The notes beneath the pieces are model-generated. The model was not told the origin of the DNA. It saw nothing but the letters and a program-made list of their open reading frames with translations, and did not search any database. A stretch of 63,942 nt of DNA, counting the filler, from Collodictyon triciliatum (taxonomy: Eukaryota), in assembly GCA_043381765.1 (NCBI GenBank). It is 23 parts of 23 records of this genome, joined end to end, with 100 filler letters (N's around TTAATTAATTAA, not from the genome) between each part and the next. Parts side by side here need not be neighbours in the genome. Positions count along the whole stretch, not along the records: positions 37,159 to 39,907 come from JBHJMP010008362.1; positions 40,008 to 42,754 come from JBHJMP010008364.1; positions 42,855 to 45,601 come from JBHJMP010008365.1; positions 45,702 to 48,447 come from JBHJMP010008366.1; positions 48,548 to 51,293 come from JBHJMP010008367.1; 18 more parts are not named here. The stretch is one strand, 5' to 3'. Positions 37,463 to 51,393 of this stretch are shown here, piece by piece. The first letter of the stretch is position 1; every line of letters begins with the position of its first letter. The translations under genes were made by a program, and so were the position numbers.

Positions 37463-38869
37463 ATTTTGAATCTTCCTATTCCTTCGTGTGTTGCAATAAA
37501 ACGTCGTATTCATGGGTTATAATATATGCCAATTATCAATCAACTCTAATATAAATCAAGCTATCCTACTTTTTCATGAATGGATATTGTTTGATTTATC
37601 AATTTTTATTTGAATGCGTTTTAGATAGTTTCATAGGCTAACAAGGCTATATTGTATTAAAGCTTAAAGCTCAATATTACACCTCCTAATATTTTATTTT
37701 TCTTTGTTATGAAATAAACTGTTTGTGAATACAAATATATCTCAATATGAAATGAATTCTATGCTTTTAATTGCTCTTCTTTTTTTTTTTTTGTAAATAA
37801 TATGGATGTGATTTGCTTATGCATCATACGGCCACTAAACATTCTCTAATGCTAAATATTTCGTATAATATAAGAAATGTGATGTATGAAAGTCTGCGTA
37901 ATAGATTGATATTCTTCCAGGTCGAATTATATAATTCCTTTGAATCTATTCGAAACTGTGCAAATGTTCCAAACTATATGTGATGGTTAGTATGTTCCCA
38001 CAGAATGTCAAATTCACAAACAAAATAAAATTGTAATACCGATACTCGTGGACTACTCTTCGTTAATTATAGCCTGGATTTCATCGTGAACGCTTTACAT
38101 GGGATAAAAAAAATACCACCACCACTTAAGTTTTCCAGGCATAGGTGCTTGCCTTCCATCCAACGGAAGCGTTTTTTCCATATGTGCCTTGCATTAACAG
38201 ACAAATCATGAAAAAATAAGCTTCGTTAGGAATTATCATTGTAAAATATTACTATTCGAGTGAAAAAGTTAACTTCCGTTTTGCGTGAAAATAAAAAATA
38301 ATTCTGAATTCATATTATTGCACCTTGAATTGCTTGCCCAGACTGTTTTAGTGTGAGGCGCGTCTCCAAGAATCCGTCCGCTCTTTTTGGAAAGCTCTTG
38401 TGTGAGTTGCTCCTTGTTTGAGCGATGCTTATTCTTCCATAGCTCCGGGTGGTTGGGTCTAAAAGGGTCGACATTGTCTTTCTATACTTGTCAGCTCGTT
38501 CTGTTAGTATTTGCGGCGGTGTTAACCATGATATTTTCTTTTGGCTTTTTCCTTGTGTTCTCTGACAGAGTACGAAATAGAGAAGGGAAAAGTAACATAG
38601 AGTTTTTTTTCGTACTTTGGGTAGTTCTGATGCTGGATTGTTATTCAGCGCTTCATTCATCAAAAACACGTTTTAACCATTGAAGAATACTGCGAATATG
38701 TTGTTTGTTGTTTTTCACGTACCTTCAGTGTCGCCCTTGATGAAGCTCGGAGGAATGCGGCAGATAATGGGTAGCAAAAGAGCTGGCCTCTCTCGTTATG
38801 GGCACAAAAAAAAAAAGCAGTTCATTATTATTTTACTCTCGTCTCTGCGATAATTTTTTTTTTGGGAAA

Positions 38870-39165
38870 GGATGCTATGTATTCTTGAAGTTGATCGAAT
38901 AGCTGGTTTATAGTCATCTCATTATGGCACTCAAGATCTTTCAGGACTGGGCTTATTCTTTCCTTACCTGTATGCGGGCGTGGTAGTTCTGGGGCATTTG
39001 TGCTTACCTCGAAGGCGGACGTGGCAGCCGGTTCCGTACAGGTTCTGCTTCCGGGTGCTCTTTGTGGGCGATTAGGTGTGGCTGGGAACCTTTGGTCGAG
39101 CGGAGGGCTCCGTTCTTGCGTTCGGTTGTGTGTTTGCTTCAAGCCAGCACTTTCGATCTCCGTGC
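38870..39165 (-). mobile_element. Second copy of the 19311 repeat
   Basis: The reverse complement aligns with 19311-19620. Confidence 0.8.
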
Positions 39166-40924
39166 GTTATTCCAAGAAGGAAAAAAATGATAAAAAAAAG
39201 CAATAAGAACAAAATAGAGAAAATAATAATAAAAAATATAGCTATATGTTTGATTGACGATGTGTATGCAGTTCATCATATGAAAACAAAAAGATAAATG
39301 ATGAGTATTGATTCAGACAACCATCAATGCTGTTCCATCAAAGGTTTTCTTATTAAGTTCTCGTTGATTGTGGGAATAAGAGAGGGAATGAACCTTGGAT
39401 CGAGCGTGTGATAGCATCGACCGGTGATCGGCTGAAAATATGCCTTGCGATTGCCAAGAAAATCAATAAATGCACAAGCAAGTCGATCGGCAGCTAGTGT
39501 TGAGCGTCCTTCAGGACAAAACGAAAAGATTGGGAAGGACGGCGGATGGAGAATGGTTGAGTGAAGGGCAGCTGTCACGGCAAAACATCAGAAAGCTGAA
39601 GGGGATTGTGATTGGAAATAAAAAAATAGATGAGTCGGAGAATAGTCGAAAATCAACCTTGTAATTCCAGATTAGGATTTTATAGGAAGATAGCGTGATA
39701 GTGTCCATATATAGATTACAAACATATATAACTTTATATTTCCTTTTTTGTACTTACTTGAGGGGGGAAGGGGTGTTTTTGGGTTTGTTAAATCTACACC
39801 TACACCGGGAAAAAAAAGAAAAAGAAAAAGAAAAAGAAAAAGAAAAAGAAAAAGAAAAAGAAAAAGAAAAAGAAAAAGAAAAAGAAAAAGAAAAAGAAAA
39901 AGAAAAANNNNNNNNNNNNNNNNNNNNNNNNNNNNNNNNNNNNNNNNNNNNTTAATTAATTAANNNNNNNNNNNNNNNNNNNNNNNNNNNNNNNNNNNNN
40001 NNNNNNNAAAGAAAAAAAAGAAAAAAAGAAAAAAAAGAAAAAAAGAAAAAAAGAAAAAAAGAAAAAAAGAAAAAAAGAAAAAAAGAAGGAAGAAGGAAGA
40101 AGGAAGAAGGAAGAAGGAAGAAGGAAGAAGGAAGAAGGAAGAAGGAAGAAAAGAGAAAATAAAAACAAAAAAGGAGTACATGCGCAAACAGTCTATTAAA
40201 TGATGTTTCAATTTTTTTTTATCGTCGCAACGATGTAATTACTCCTTCGATTGTTCTCTTAGACTTAGCATAGAGACGCATTTGCGAAATAGCGAGAAAG
40301 ACCCATTCACTCAGACGCGATTGACTATCGACATGTTACAGCCGAGTAAGTCACCATTAAGTACCAAGCCTCGATGGACTTATAGATTTGTATTATGTTT
40401 AATTGCATAGTAACTTGGTGTTCCCGATATTTTTTTTCTGTCTGAAGCGGCTAATAGTCAGCTATGATTTTAATTACAAGATATGACCAATACAGAGATA
40501 AATAGAGCTAATTATATTCTGGTACTTGTTTGTAGATGACGATTTGCGCAGGCGGATTCAAGAATGGATTGAATCCAAGAGATCTTCAAAGTCATCCTAA
40601 ATGCGCGTGCAGAGTGTCGCTTTTCTTCTGTGGGACTATTGGCTTTTCGGGAAAAAAGGATGGGAAAAAAAGTCCAGTGAACTAAAGCAAAGTGAAGGAA
40701 TTGAAAATTGGATGCAAATCATAAAACACCAGAAGAAAATCCACCCCAATTGATTCCCAGCAAATATCGTGTTGGTATGTCAACTTAAAACTGACAGTAG
40801 AGACGGCAAGCTTAATCAGAGCCTTCTACAGTATGGAATGAAAATATCTGGTGCACGTTTGTCTGGTAATTTTCCAGAGGGTTAGGCGAATCTCGCTTGT
40901 CTCAAAGTCTAACCATGGTTGATT

Positions 40925-41058
40925 TGTGTATGTGTATATGTATGTGTATGTATGTATGTTTGTATGTATGTATGTATGTATGTATGTATGTATGTATGTA
41001 TGTATGTATGTATGTATGTATGTATGTATGTATGTATGTATGTATGTATGTATGTATG

Positions 41059-41087
<29 letters not shown>
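40925..41087. repeat. (TATG)n microsatellite
   Basis: Directly visible. Confidence 0.97.
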
Positions 41088-41089
<2 letters not shown>

Positions 41090-42886
41090 TTGTTCTTTTG
41101 CACGTGAGGCGCTTGAATTCCTGGAATCTGTCAAAGTCATCGCGATTTTATCATTTTTATTTACACCACTATTAACACCGTCATCACCACTGCTATTGTA
41201 AAAACTCCTGGTGACTTTTGTGGAGCCGTTGTCTAGTTTGCCTCCATTCAATATTGATTGTGCCAAGTGAAAACCAGAAGTCCCTTACTTTCACTACTTC
41301 TACTTTCTGCTAATAAGCCTCAACTTATGACCCCACTGGCATTGAGAGGCAATCTGTTTGGCTCTCGCTATTGGTTGAAGGGAGTTCAAAGCCAGCCGAG
41401 TTTGATGGTTCTCCACGAGAGATTCTCTAATAGAAAGAATACAAGCTAGCCCGTTTATTTTTGTATCTTTTCCGATGATGATGATGGTGTGCTTGTGATA
41501 AGACGACTTGGCCATACAAACCCAAACGATAGGCGCGTGTACTATCTAAGCAGGTCTGTCACCAGGCTTTGCATTCGTCACTTCTGAGTATTTTGCCTCC
41601 TGAGTTACGTGTGTGCCTATGCGAAAGCTGAGTCGTTTGTCAGGTATCCCTTATTTTTGTCTCCCATTTATTCACATATAATGCGAGGAATCCGGAGCAA
41701 GTGTTTTAGAATCATTTTGCCTTGAGATGTATAGATGCACATATGTAAGCATGTTATACAGCACAGATGGCGCAACACAGTATCATAAAGCAGCTCTCTT
41801 TTATGGATGGCGCTTTGCGCCAAGCAGTTTCTTGGAATCCTTTGCAGTATTGCGAATCGAAAGGCCAGCTATAAAAAAAAAACTGTATGGAATACAATGC
41901 ACCACAATACATATAAAAAGAGGACGTATTCGTCGGTCGAAGGTTGCTGTCAAATGAAACTACTTCGCTTATGTAAGTATGCCATAAGAATATTTTGTCG
42001 ATATATTATCTATACAATAAATTTCAAAAGTGTTTGACCTTACGCAAAGGATGTAGGGCTTTACAGTTCCTACGCGCATTATTGCATATGAGATTCACAT
42101 TATACGATTCGAACATACCCGTCGGACTAAAAGCCTTTTTGAGCCATTTTCCCTTTTATTTCACAATCGGCTTCTTCATTTATTTGTGTATGAATCATTT
42201 TTAAATCTCAAGCCGGGGAGGTATTGGAAAATATGATTCGATTTGCTGGAATATACGAATTTCGATGCAGATATACTTTCTCATAATGTCTTGAAAGCGT
42301 GTTCACTTGTTGAAGGAAAAACAAAATGAACCCCATATATGATTGATTTAGTATCATGATAATGAGATGTAGGATTTGGAGCGCAGCAAAAAGACTGGTT
42401 TCAAATGAAGTCGTCTATGAAATGGGTGAGTGCCAGATATTATACAGTTCTGTTCCGCATTGTGCAAATATAAGATAACAAGTACAGCGCAACGAAATAA
42501 ATTTACTTTATAACGCGAGCTTCTGATAGGAAACTGAAGCAGACAGGTGGTTCGAAGTACTTGGGTATTAAATTAAATTTAATTCATAGAATACCCTTGT
42601 ACGTGATGAGAGCCCATCGGCAAAAGAAAAGAAAATAAAAGAAAATAAAAGAAAATAAAAGAATAGAAAAGAAAAGAAAAAAGAAAAGAAAAGAAAAAAG
42701 AAAAGAAAAAAGAAAAGAAAAAAGAAAAGAAAAAAGAAAAGAAAATAAAATAAANNNNNNNNNNNNNNNNNNNNNNNNNNNNNNNNNNNNNNNNNNNNTT
42801 AATTAATTAANNNNNNNNNNNNNNNNNNNNNNNNNNNNNNNNNNNNNNNNNNNNTTGTTTCGTTTTTTGTTTGTTTGTGAACAAAC

Positions 42887-43584
42887 CTGCAGCAATCAAA
42901 TCAGTCTCAAGTTCATTAGGATTTCCGGAGCGGGCGCCGGAGAGAGCGAGGATATCCACAACACCGTCATTTTTGACACGGAGAGCATCTTTTTGAATGT
43001 TAGTATAGGGAAGGAAGATTATGGAGTGAAGAAAGTTACTTTTGAAAGGTATGATCTTGAACTATAGTGTAATATTTCTGTTTTCATTGTATCGTTTCTG
43101 TTTCTGTTTCTGTTTCATTGTGCTTATGTTTATGTTTATGTTCAGCTTCTCTCACATACAGAATAGAAAGACATCTGCTTGAATGGAGCCATACCATCCA
43201 GAGCCGTGTTTCCCCAACGATCAAGCATGTTGAGCGGGCTGCCGCGGAATATCAGCAGGCGAACCACTTCAGCCTGACCTTCGGACGCTGCCACATGCAG
43301 AGCCGTGCGTTTGTCATAGTCGCCCACTTTGACGTCCACTCTGCCCTGGTCAAGCAGAGACGCGATTGTGCGGACATCGCCGCGGGAAGCCGCGTATAGC
43401 AAAGCGCCAATAGCCTGTGAATAAAATAGGTTGGAGACCTTGTTTCATGCTTCCTTCAGCTTCTACACACTGCTTTCTTTTTTCGTCTTTCAATTTTTTA
43501 TTTATTTATTTTTATTTCGTTTTGTTTTGTTTTGTTTTGTTTTGTTTTGTTTTGTTTTGTTTTGTTTTGTTTTGTTTTGTTTTG

Positions 43585-43615
<31 letters not shown>

Positions 43616-43787
43616 GTTTTTCGTGGCAATATATAGTCATATTAGCATTTCAAAGGGTATGTGTTTCGCGTGAGGAGCACGACAAACAAGAAAACAAAAA
43701 TAAGATATTTTTTTTTCCTTTATTCGATTCAAAGTGTAGCGAGGTTATGAAAACAAAAATAAGATAAACACTTGCCTCTCCTTCCAT
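42887..43787 (-). CDS. N-terminal ankyrin-repeat protein, 3' partial
   Basis: Exons 43787-43776 (MEGE, GC donor), 43414-43195 and 42988-42887 give LLYAASRGDV...DYDKRTALHVAASEG...DRWGNTALD|DAL. This ankyrin type is seen in glutaminases, AKT channels and ILK-like kinases. Confidence 0.85.
43690..43766 (-). mobile_element. 41-bp retroposon tail insertion with 18-bp TSD (in ankyrin gene intron 1)
   Basis: GAAAACAAAAATAAGATA (43690-43707) + T9-CCTTTATTCGATTCAAAGTGTAGCGAGGTTAT + GAAAACAAAAATAAGATA (43749-43766). Confidence 0.88.
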
Positions 43788-44620
43788 GAGCGACACCCCA
43801 GGCGGTTGGCTTATCGTCTGTCTATAGTATTATCGCGTGAAAGGGAATCAGTGCGTGACTTCTTGTTGTAGATCCTTTCATAGCTATCTCTGAATTATGT
43901 GTTTTGTCTGTCTTCAAGCGACGCTTCGTTGGTGTGGCTCGTTGCCAACCTCTTTCAACTGTGTCAGATGCATTCATTGCCTTCGATGCCGCGATAAAAG
44001 CGTGGGTTGGATTCGGTGCAGGTTTATATAGATGTCAAACGGGTCTTTTTTTTTTTTTTTGTGGGTGCGCGTGCCTTTTGGTGGAAGTGGTGTGGAACTG
44101 TGGACATTATGAACGGAAATTTTTTTCAGTGATTATATAAGATTATTTATATATGCGCATGTCTCTTCCTTTATATTTGATTGTCATATATTTCGGTGTC
44201 TTTTCTCAGATGATTTCCATATATGCAATGGTTCTAGGAAGCTGTGCACCCACAAAAGTACCTCGCACGAGCAAGAATTGAGGACGTTATAATTAGCACT
44301 CTTGATAATTTAATATATAATATTGTATATACATTATTTTACTATATACATGGTTATATGAATTAAATCGATTATTTAATTGAATTTAATCTATATAATA
44401 ATATTTTCCACAATGATTCAGACAGAACAGGCCATTTCGCACCCTTTTCTGGATAACAAAAAGCAAAGGATCAAGCGTGACATTTGCCAACCCGGCGGTC
44501 AGATCCACAACATCCGACACCCAAGCAGCTCACAAGGAAAAAGAATCTGCCCCAGCTCACTCCAGACTCAATAATATCAACCGAAGAGACTATTAGGACA
44601 GTCTCCTGTCCCACTCCCCC

Positions 44621-44720
<100 letters not shown>

Positions 44721-44746
44721 ACACACCCCATAAAGACGCTCCTGTG

Positions 44747-45369
<623 letters not shown>

Positions 45370-45558
45370 TGAAACCTTCTCCCTCCTCTCTTTTTTCTTC
45401 TTCATTCTTTTTTTTTTATAATCCTTCCATGGGACTAATTTCAATACCAATTAATACCTTACTTACGCAGGCTTATTTTCAGTTGTTTTTTTTTTTTGTC
45501 TATTTCTATTTCTATTCCTATTTCTATTTCTATTTCTATTTCTCTTTCTTTTTCTATT

Positions 45559-45601
<43 letters not shown>

Positions 45602-45701
45602 NNNNNNNNNNNNNNNNNNNNNNNNNNNNNNNNNNNNNNNNNNNNTTAATTAATTAANNNNNNNNNNNNNNNNNNNNNNNNNNNNNNNNNNNNNNNNNNN
45701 N

Positions 45702-45754
<53 letters not shown>

Positions 45755-46443
45755 AAAAAAAAACAAAAAAAAAACAAAAAAAACCAAAAAGCACTGGGTT
45801 AAAATTGTTTTCTAAGCGGCCTTTAAGAAGTACCTCTGCCTTCTGAATGATAATTATTTTTTTACTTAAAAAAGGGAGATAAATATTGCTGATGTTTCTT
45901 GCAGCGCCACGTACTTGACTTGTATGAGGCTCAATATATAAGAAAAAAAGAAAAAAAAAGAGAAAGCTCTAAAATCAAAAAGGATGGAACCGAAAAGATA
46001 AATTCGGGTTGTTGTTATTGCGAACCTACACAATTTAATCATACCCATTTAGTTATGAATGCACACGAACATTTTTTTCCGGTCATTTTAATTTTTACAA
46101 TTAAAGTCTATATCTTCGGGTAAGAGTCATAGAGATGGATTAGAATGACATAAAACAGACAACGCTTATTCGATTTCTTCTCAATTAATATAACTATTAA
46201 TATATCTACAACATCCAAAAATTCCCACTGTGCAAGTATGTCATGTAATCACCATTTCTTTCCCTACAATTACGTCGGGCTGTAAAAAAATCTAAAAACC
46301 TTTCCTTCCTTGAATGGAATAAAGGGAAAAAAAAACTTCATTCCCCCTCGTGCCACATCTATACATCTAAATTATCTTGTGGTTTCGTATACTTCTCTGC
46401 TTTAATAATTTTATTTTCTTCAAAGAGCACTGCATGTCTTAGC

Positions 46444-48278
46444 CTAGATATCCGTGAGACAGACCTGTTCAGCGTGATCAACTTTCTTTTCAATCAAGTC
46501 CCGGAATTGAGGACGAGCGTCAGGATTACCATTCCAACAACGTTGCATAGTCCATGCAAAGTCTCTGTCCATGTTACTGCGTATCTCTGGGCGCAATCCT
46601 TTCACTATTTCAAATTGGAGCTGTATAGCATCTTTACCACGATAGGGAGTCTCTCTGGACTCCATTTCCCATAGGAGAACAGCAAAGCTGTACACATCGG
46701 CTTTTTCACTGTACCGTTGTCCTTTCATCACCTAGAATATATATGTATATTTAATAGATTGGGGTGGGAGTGCCCCTGCTAAATTAGCAAAATGTAGCTC
46801 TTGAAGCGTATCGCTATATGACAAAAAGGTATAAAAGTATTGACCTCAGGTGCTTGGTATGATATTGTACCACACTTTGTCATCGTTCGGTTGTTTGCTT
46901 TAACTCTGGCAAAGCCGAAATCACATATTTTGCTTTCGAATTTATCATTTACCTGGGAAATTTATTTTAGTGATGTTTTGCCCAGAAGTGAGCGGAAGCA
47001 AAGTTTATTTATGATTTTTTTTTTAAATCAAGGAAAGCCTACAAGTACATTTGCCGGTTTCAAATCTCTGTGTAATATGGCTGGCTCGAGGGTGTGGAGA
47101 TATTCCATACCGCATATTACACCATTTAGGATTTTTATTCTTTTGGAAATTGAAAGAAATTTAATTATTCTCTGTGCTGTGAAGGACCGTGCTGATATCT
47201 GAACATATGTTTTTTTTTTTCACATATAATAATTACTTGTCTGGTTTGCTCAGTGCAACGTCTCTATTATGAATGAGTTGGTGGAGACTTCCAGGTTCAA
47301 CAAGCTCGGTCACGATTGCAAGGTCGGGCCTTTCGATACTGGCTCCAATAAATTGAATGATGTTGGGGTGCTTCAGCTTCCTAAGAAAAATCATGATTTT
47401 TAATCGCCATCACCGAGTAAAGTTTTTGAATGTTTTGTAAGCCATCTGCAGAGCAGGAATAATAAAATCAATTCAAAACGCATGACGAGTACCTGAATAC
47501 AGCGATTTCGGCTAAAAATATAAGATAATACTGGTCGTTAATTCGTTGGCCAAGCATTTTTTTAATTGCAACTCGCTTACCCTAGTTCAATCAAGTTACT
47601 TCTACGACACATTGAAAGAAAATAATAAAAAAAAACCTCTTGAACCTAAAATGTAACTTAAAATATCTACATACCATATATTCTCCAGGAAACACTGACC
47701 CATAAGAGCCCGAACCGATGGGCTTTTCTTCGATGGCGAGGTCTTTGTAAGAGACTTCCCAATCTTTCCTTTCCACGATACGAGGCTCGTCCATATCAGA
47801 TAGGCGCATGGGATATTTCGGTTTGGTGGGTACTTTGTCTTCGATTTGTGGAGTGTTGAGAATTAAAGATGTATGATTTGCGGTATCTGGCAGATTTTTC
47901 ATCGCGCTTGATACCATAGGTGTCCCACCAGAGTGAGACTAAATGATTTTTCATTACAATTAACAATATTTTATTAATTTTTTTTTGAAGAAAATGCGAA
48001 AATAAAGGAAAGGAATTACTGAAATTTTTTTAAGAACCTTATGCATCGATATGAACTCTTCATTAAATTCACCACGAATGTCATTTAAAAGCTTCGTTCT
48101 GTTGGGAAATTTCATAGATAATATCTATTGCATACTTAGCATTAAAGTTGCACTAAATGAAAATGGTTAGGATATATTCTACCTCATACAACGAGGCATC
48201 CCTGCGTTGGGCTTCATTGGATTTTAAAGGTTTAATTATACAATCATTCTCAAGTATTTTCACTCGTGCCTGGATTTC
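46444..48278 (-). CDS. Tyrosine-kinase-like (TKL) protein kinase, 5' partial, multi-exon
   Basis: IGSGSYGSV, LKHPNIIQFIGA, GMEYLH...LHRDLKPANVL, KICDFGFARVKANNRTMTKCGT...APE, KADVYSFAVLLWEM and CW...PDARP appear in order. Confidence 0.95.
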
Positions 48279-48370
48279 CTGTGGTAGAAGAAAAAAAAAA
48301 GAAAACAAAATATAATATGTTAGATGGTGAAGTCCCCCCCCCCCCCCCCCCAAAAAAAAAAATATTTTTT

Positions 48371-48416
<46 letters not shown>

Positions 48417-48555
48417 ATATTTTTTTTTAAAAAACAACATGGGCCGTNNNNNNNNNNNNNNNNNNNNNNNNNNNNNNNNNNNNNNNNNNNNTTAATTAAT
48501 TAANNNNNNNNNNNNNNNNNNNNNNNNNNNNNNNNNNNNNNNNNNNNTTTTGTTT

Positions 48556-48642
<87 letters not shown>

Positions 48643-48767
48643 CCGAAGCTCGATCAACCACAACCCAGAAAGATGCCTGCTTGATTTTCTTCAAAACGGC
48701 TCAAAGGACAAATGTTAAATGATGGAAATACCTTGTTCATCTTGTGTCTCACTCGGTTTTGCTTTAG

Positions 48768-50598
48768 GGAATTGGATTTGAAATCGTCAAGCGCTTGGTT
48801 GTTCTTCCCAACTACCACGTCATTCTCACCGCCCGAAATGCTGAGCTCGGCCAAAAAGTACCCACTCTCCGATAACTCATATATTCAGCACACCTACAAA
48901 CAAGTCTCATGAGTATTGATTGGATCTATTATGTGTTTTCTTTTCTGTATGAGCTAATGGTTCATGTTCCTATTCTTAATTCATGCCGTGACTCCTCATA
49001 TTAAGGCTGTCGACGAGGTGAAAGCCTCTGGCAATGCCAACGTCGAATACGCACAGCTGGACATCACCAACAAAGAGTCAGTGGCCTCATTCAAGCTGGA
49101 AGTCGAGAAGCGTGGTAAAAACAAATAATTTTTAAAACTGTTCCTTTTGCAACATTCTATGTTCAACCACATGGCTATACCTTATTGACTTGAAGTATAA
49201 TGTGTACGTCCCCATCCAATCATATTGTCGGTCCTATGTAAAAATCAAATCCGCGTGTAGGTGGCTATGATGTTTTGATCAACAACGCTGGAATCGCCTG
49301 GAAGGGAGATATATCCTTTCAAATAGTTTGATGATAAGGCGATTATTCTACCTTTATGTGTATATATCAAACCAATACATCCAAGCATAAGTCTTGCAAC
49401 TCACAGCAGGATGGGCAGAATAATGGAGCGATTGTTTGTTTTGATAAGATTGGCAACCCAATTTATTGTGCCGACCTTGGTGTTGCTCTGTTTTTCTATC
49501 TTTACCTTTATTATTTTTTTTCTCTCTCTTCTTCTTTTCAGTTCTCAAACCAAACCTCACACTGTGAATCAGCCTTAACGATGTCGTGATTACGCCTTCG
49601 ACGATGAAGTTGTGCGTGCGACTCTCGGTACTAACTTTTACGGAACCATCACCGTCACCGACGCTCTGATCGGACTCGCCAAACCCCACGCTCGCATTGT
49701 CAACATCACCAGTCAGATGGGACGAACAGCGTAAATCACATCTTCTTGTATCATATCCATCTGCGTTTTATCTGATATCCAACTCAACTACTGTTTCCCT
49801 TCATACCCAGACGCCTGCCAGAACACCTGCGCGAAAGATTCCTGAAAGAGGAACTCACCCGTGATGAGCTTTTCGCATTGGTGAAGGAGTTTGAAGACTC
49901 TGTGCACGATGGAACGTACAGCGAAAAGGGCTGGCCAAAGTCAGCATACTCCATCTCCAAGGTATCATTTGGAGAGCTGTGTATTTTTAACCTCGCCAAA
50001 ACATGTCTTCTCATATCCAGCTAAATAAACATCGACATTTCTTTGAACTTCTATTTTTCTATCCCAAGATTGTCACGCCAAACTATGACAGAAATACATC
50101 CCATCACACGCATACTTTTCTTACGAAATATATGATTAATGTGATGCATTGATTGTGGCGATGTGCACCCTAATGCCGATTCACTCAAAGATTGCCGAGA
50201 ACGCATTCACTCGCATCCTCGCCCGCGACAACACCGAGCCCATTCTGATCAACAGCTGCTGCCCTGGCTGGTGCAAGACAGACATGGGAGGGGAGAGGTA
50301 ATACCCTTGCGTTGTTCCAGATGTTGCTCCTCTCCTTCCCCTCTCCCCTCTTTTCCCTACTTTCCTTGTCATTTTCTATGTCGATGGAATCGAGGCTCTA
50401 GAGTCCGGGCTGCGGCTGCGTATTGCGGCTGTCCGCATGATGACTGCAGCCTACTAATGCATCCTATCTTGCAACTCTATGAATAGAGCCACATACACGG
50501 CTGCCCAAGGTGCTGACACACCCGTTTTCCTTGCCACGCTCCCCGAGGATGGCCCGTCCGGCTTCTTCTTCATGGAGAAAGATGTTGCCGACTGGTAA
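48768..50598 (+). CDS. Carbonyl reductase (CBR1-like) short-chain dehydrogenase, 5' partial
   Basis: Exons 48768-48857, 49006-49114, 49261-49310, 49594-49730, 49811-49961, 50191-50297 and 50487-50598 splice in frame. Motifs: GIGFEIV, LINNAGI, TNFYGT, GWPKSAYSISK (YxxxK), CCPGWCKTDMGG, GADTPVFLA. Confidence 0.93.
49311..49593 (+). other. U12-type (minor spliceosome) AT-AC intron
   Basis: 5' end ATATCCTTT, branch point CCTTAAC at 49573-49579, 3' end AC. Removal restores ...AWKGD|AFDDEVVRATLGTNFYGT. Confidence 0.92.
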
Positions 50599-51393
50599 GG
50601 CCGAACGCTACAGATAGGAAGGGTTGGAAGAAACAGAAGGCTCAAGAGGCACCTGCATGGATACTCGCATTCATCGGTCTTTCAGTTCGAATACCTTAAT
50701 AAAAACAGAGGATGGAAGGAAATATAGAAGGAAAATGAAAGAGAGGGAAAGCGAGAGGGGCTCGTGGCTTGGTCTCTGCCTTTGCCGGTTTCGTGTGTAT
50801 CTACGGGGATGTGCATCTGTTGGGAAAGACGGACGCATTTGGTATGAGAACAATGCGCCTACAAATATCATCACAAACATATTTTCCAGATATAGATAAG
50901 GATGCATTTCTTGCCGTTTTTTGCCCGGATTATTTCGAATGGTTGCTCTGAATAGCCTTCGTATTCCTGAGAGCCGATGAAGCAGGTTGCTTGTCACGCA
51001 ATAAGCGCAAAGCATTCAATCGGCGTTTATCTCTGTTGCCAAAGAGATGTGTGCGGGTGACTGATATGCATGCTGCTTGAAAGTGCAGCCCATGAAGCGC
51101 AGCATGAGCACGCAGGAGAGACACATCGATTCGGTCTGCCGCATCTACATCGATCCGGGCAAAGAAAAGCTGCCCACAGTCGGTCTGTGCTGTTTTTGTT
51201 TTTGTTTTTGTTTTTGTTTTTGTTTTTGTTTTTGTTTTTGTTTTTGTTTTTGTTTTTGTTTTTGTTTTTGTTTTTGTTTTTGTTTTTGTTTTTNNNNNNN
51301 NNNNNNNNNNNNNNNNNNNNNNNNNNNNNNNNNNNNNTTAATTAATTAANNNNNNNNNNNNNNNNNNNNNNNNNNNNNNNNNNNNNNNNNNNN

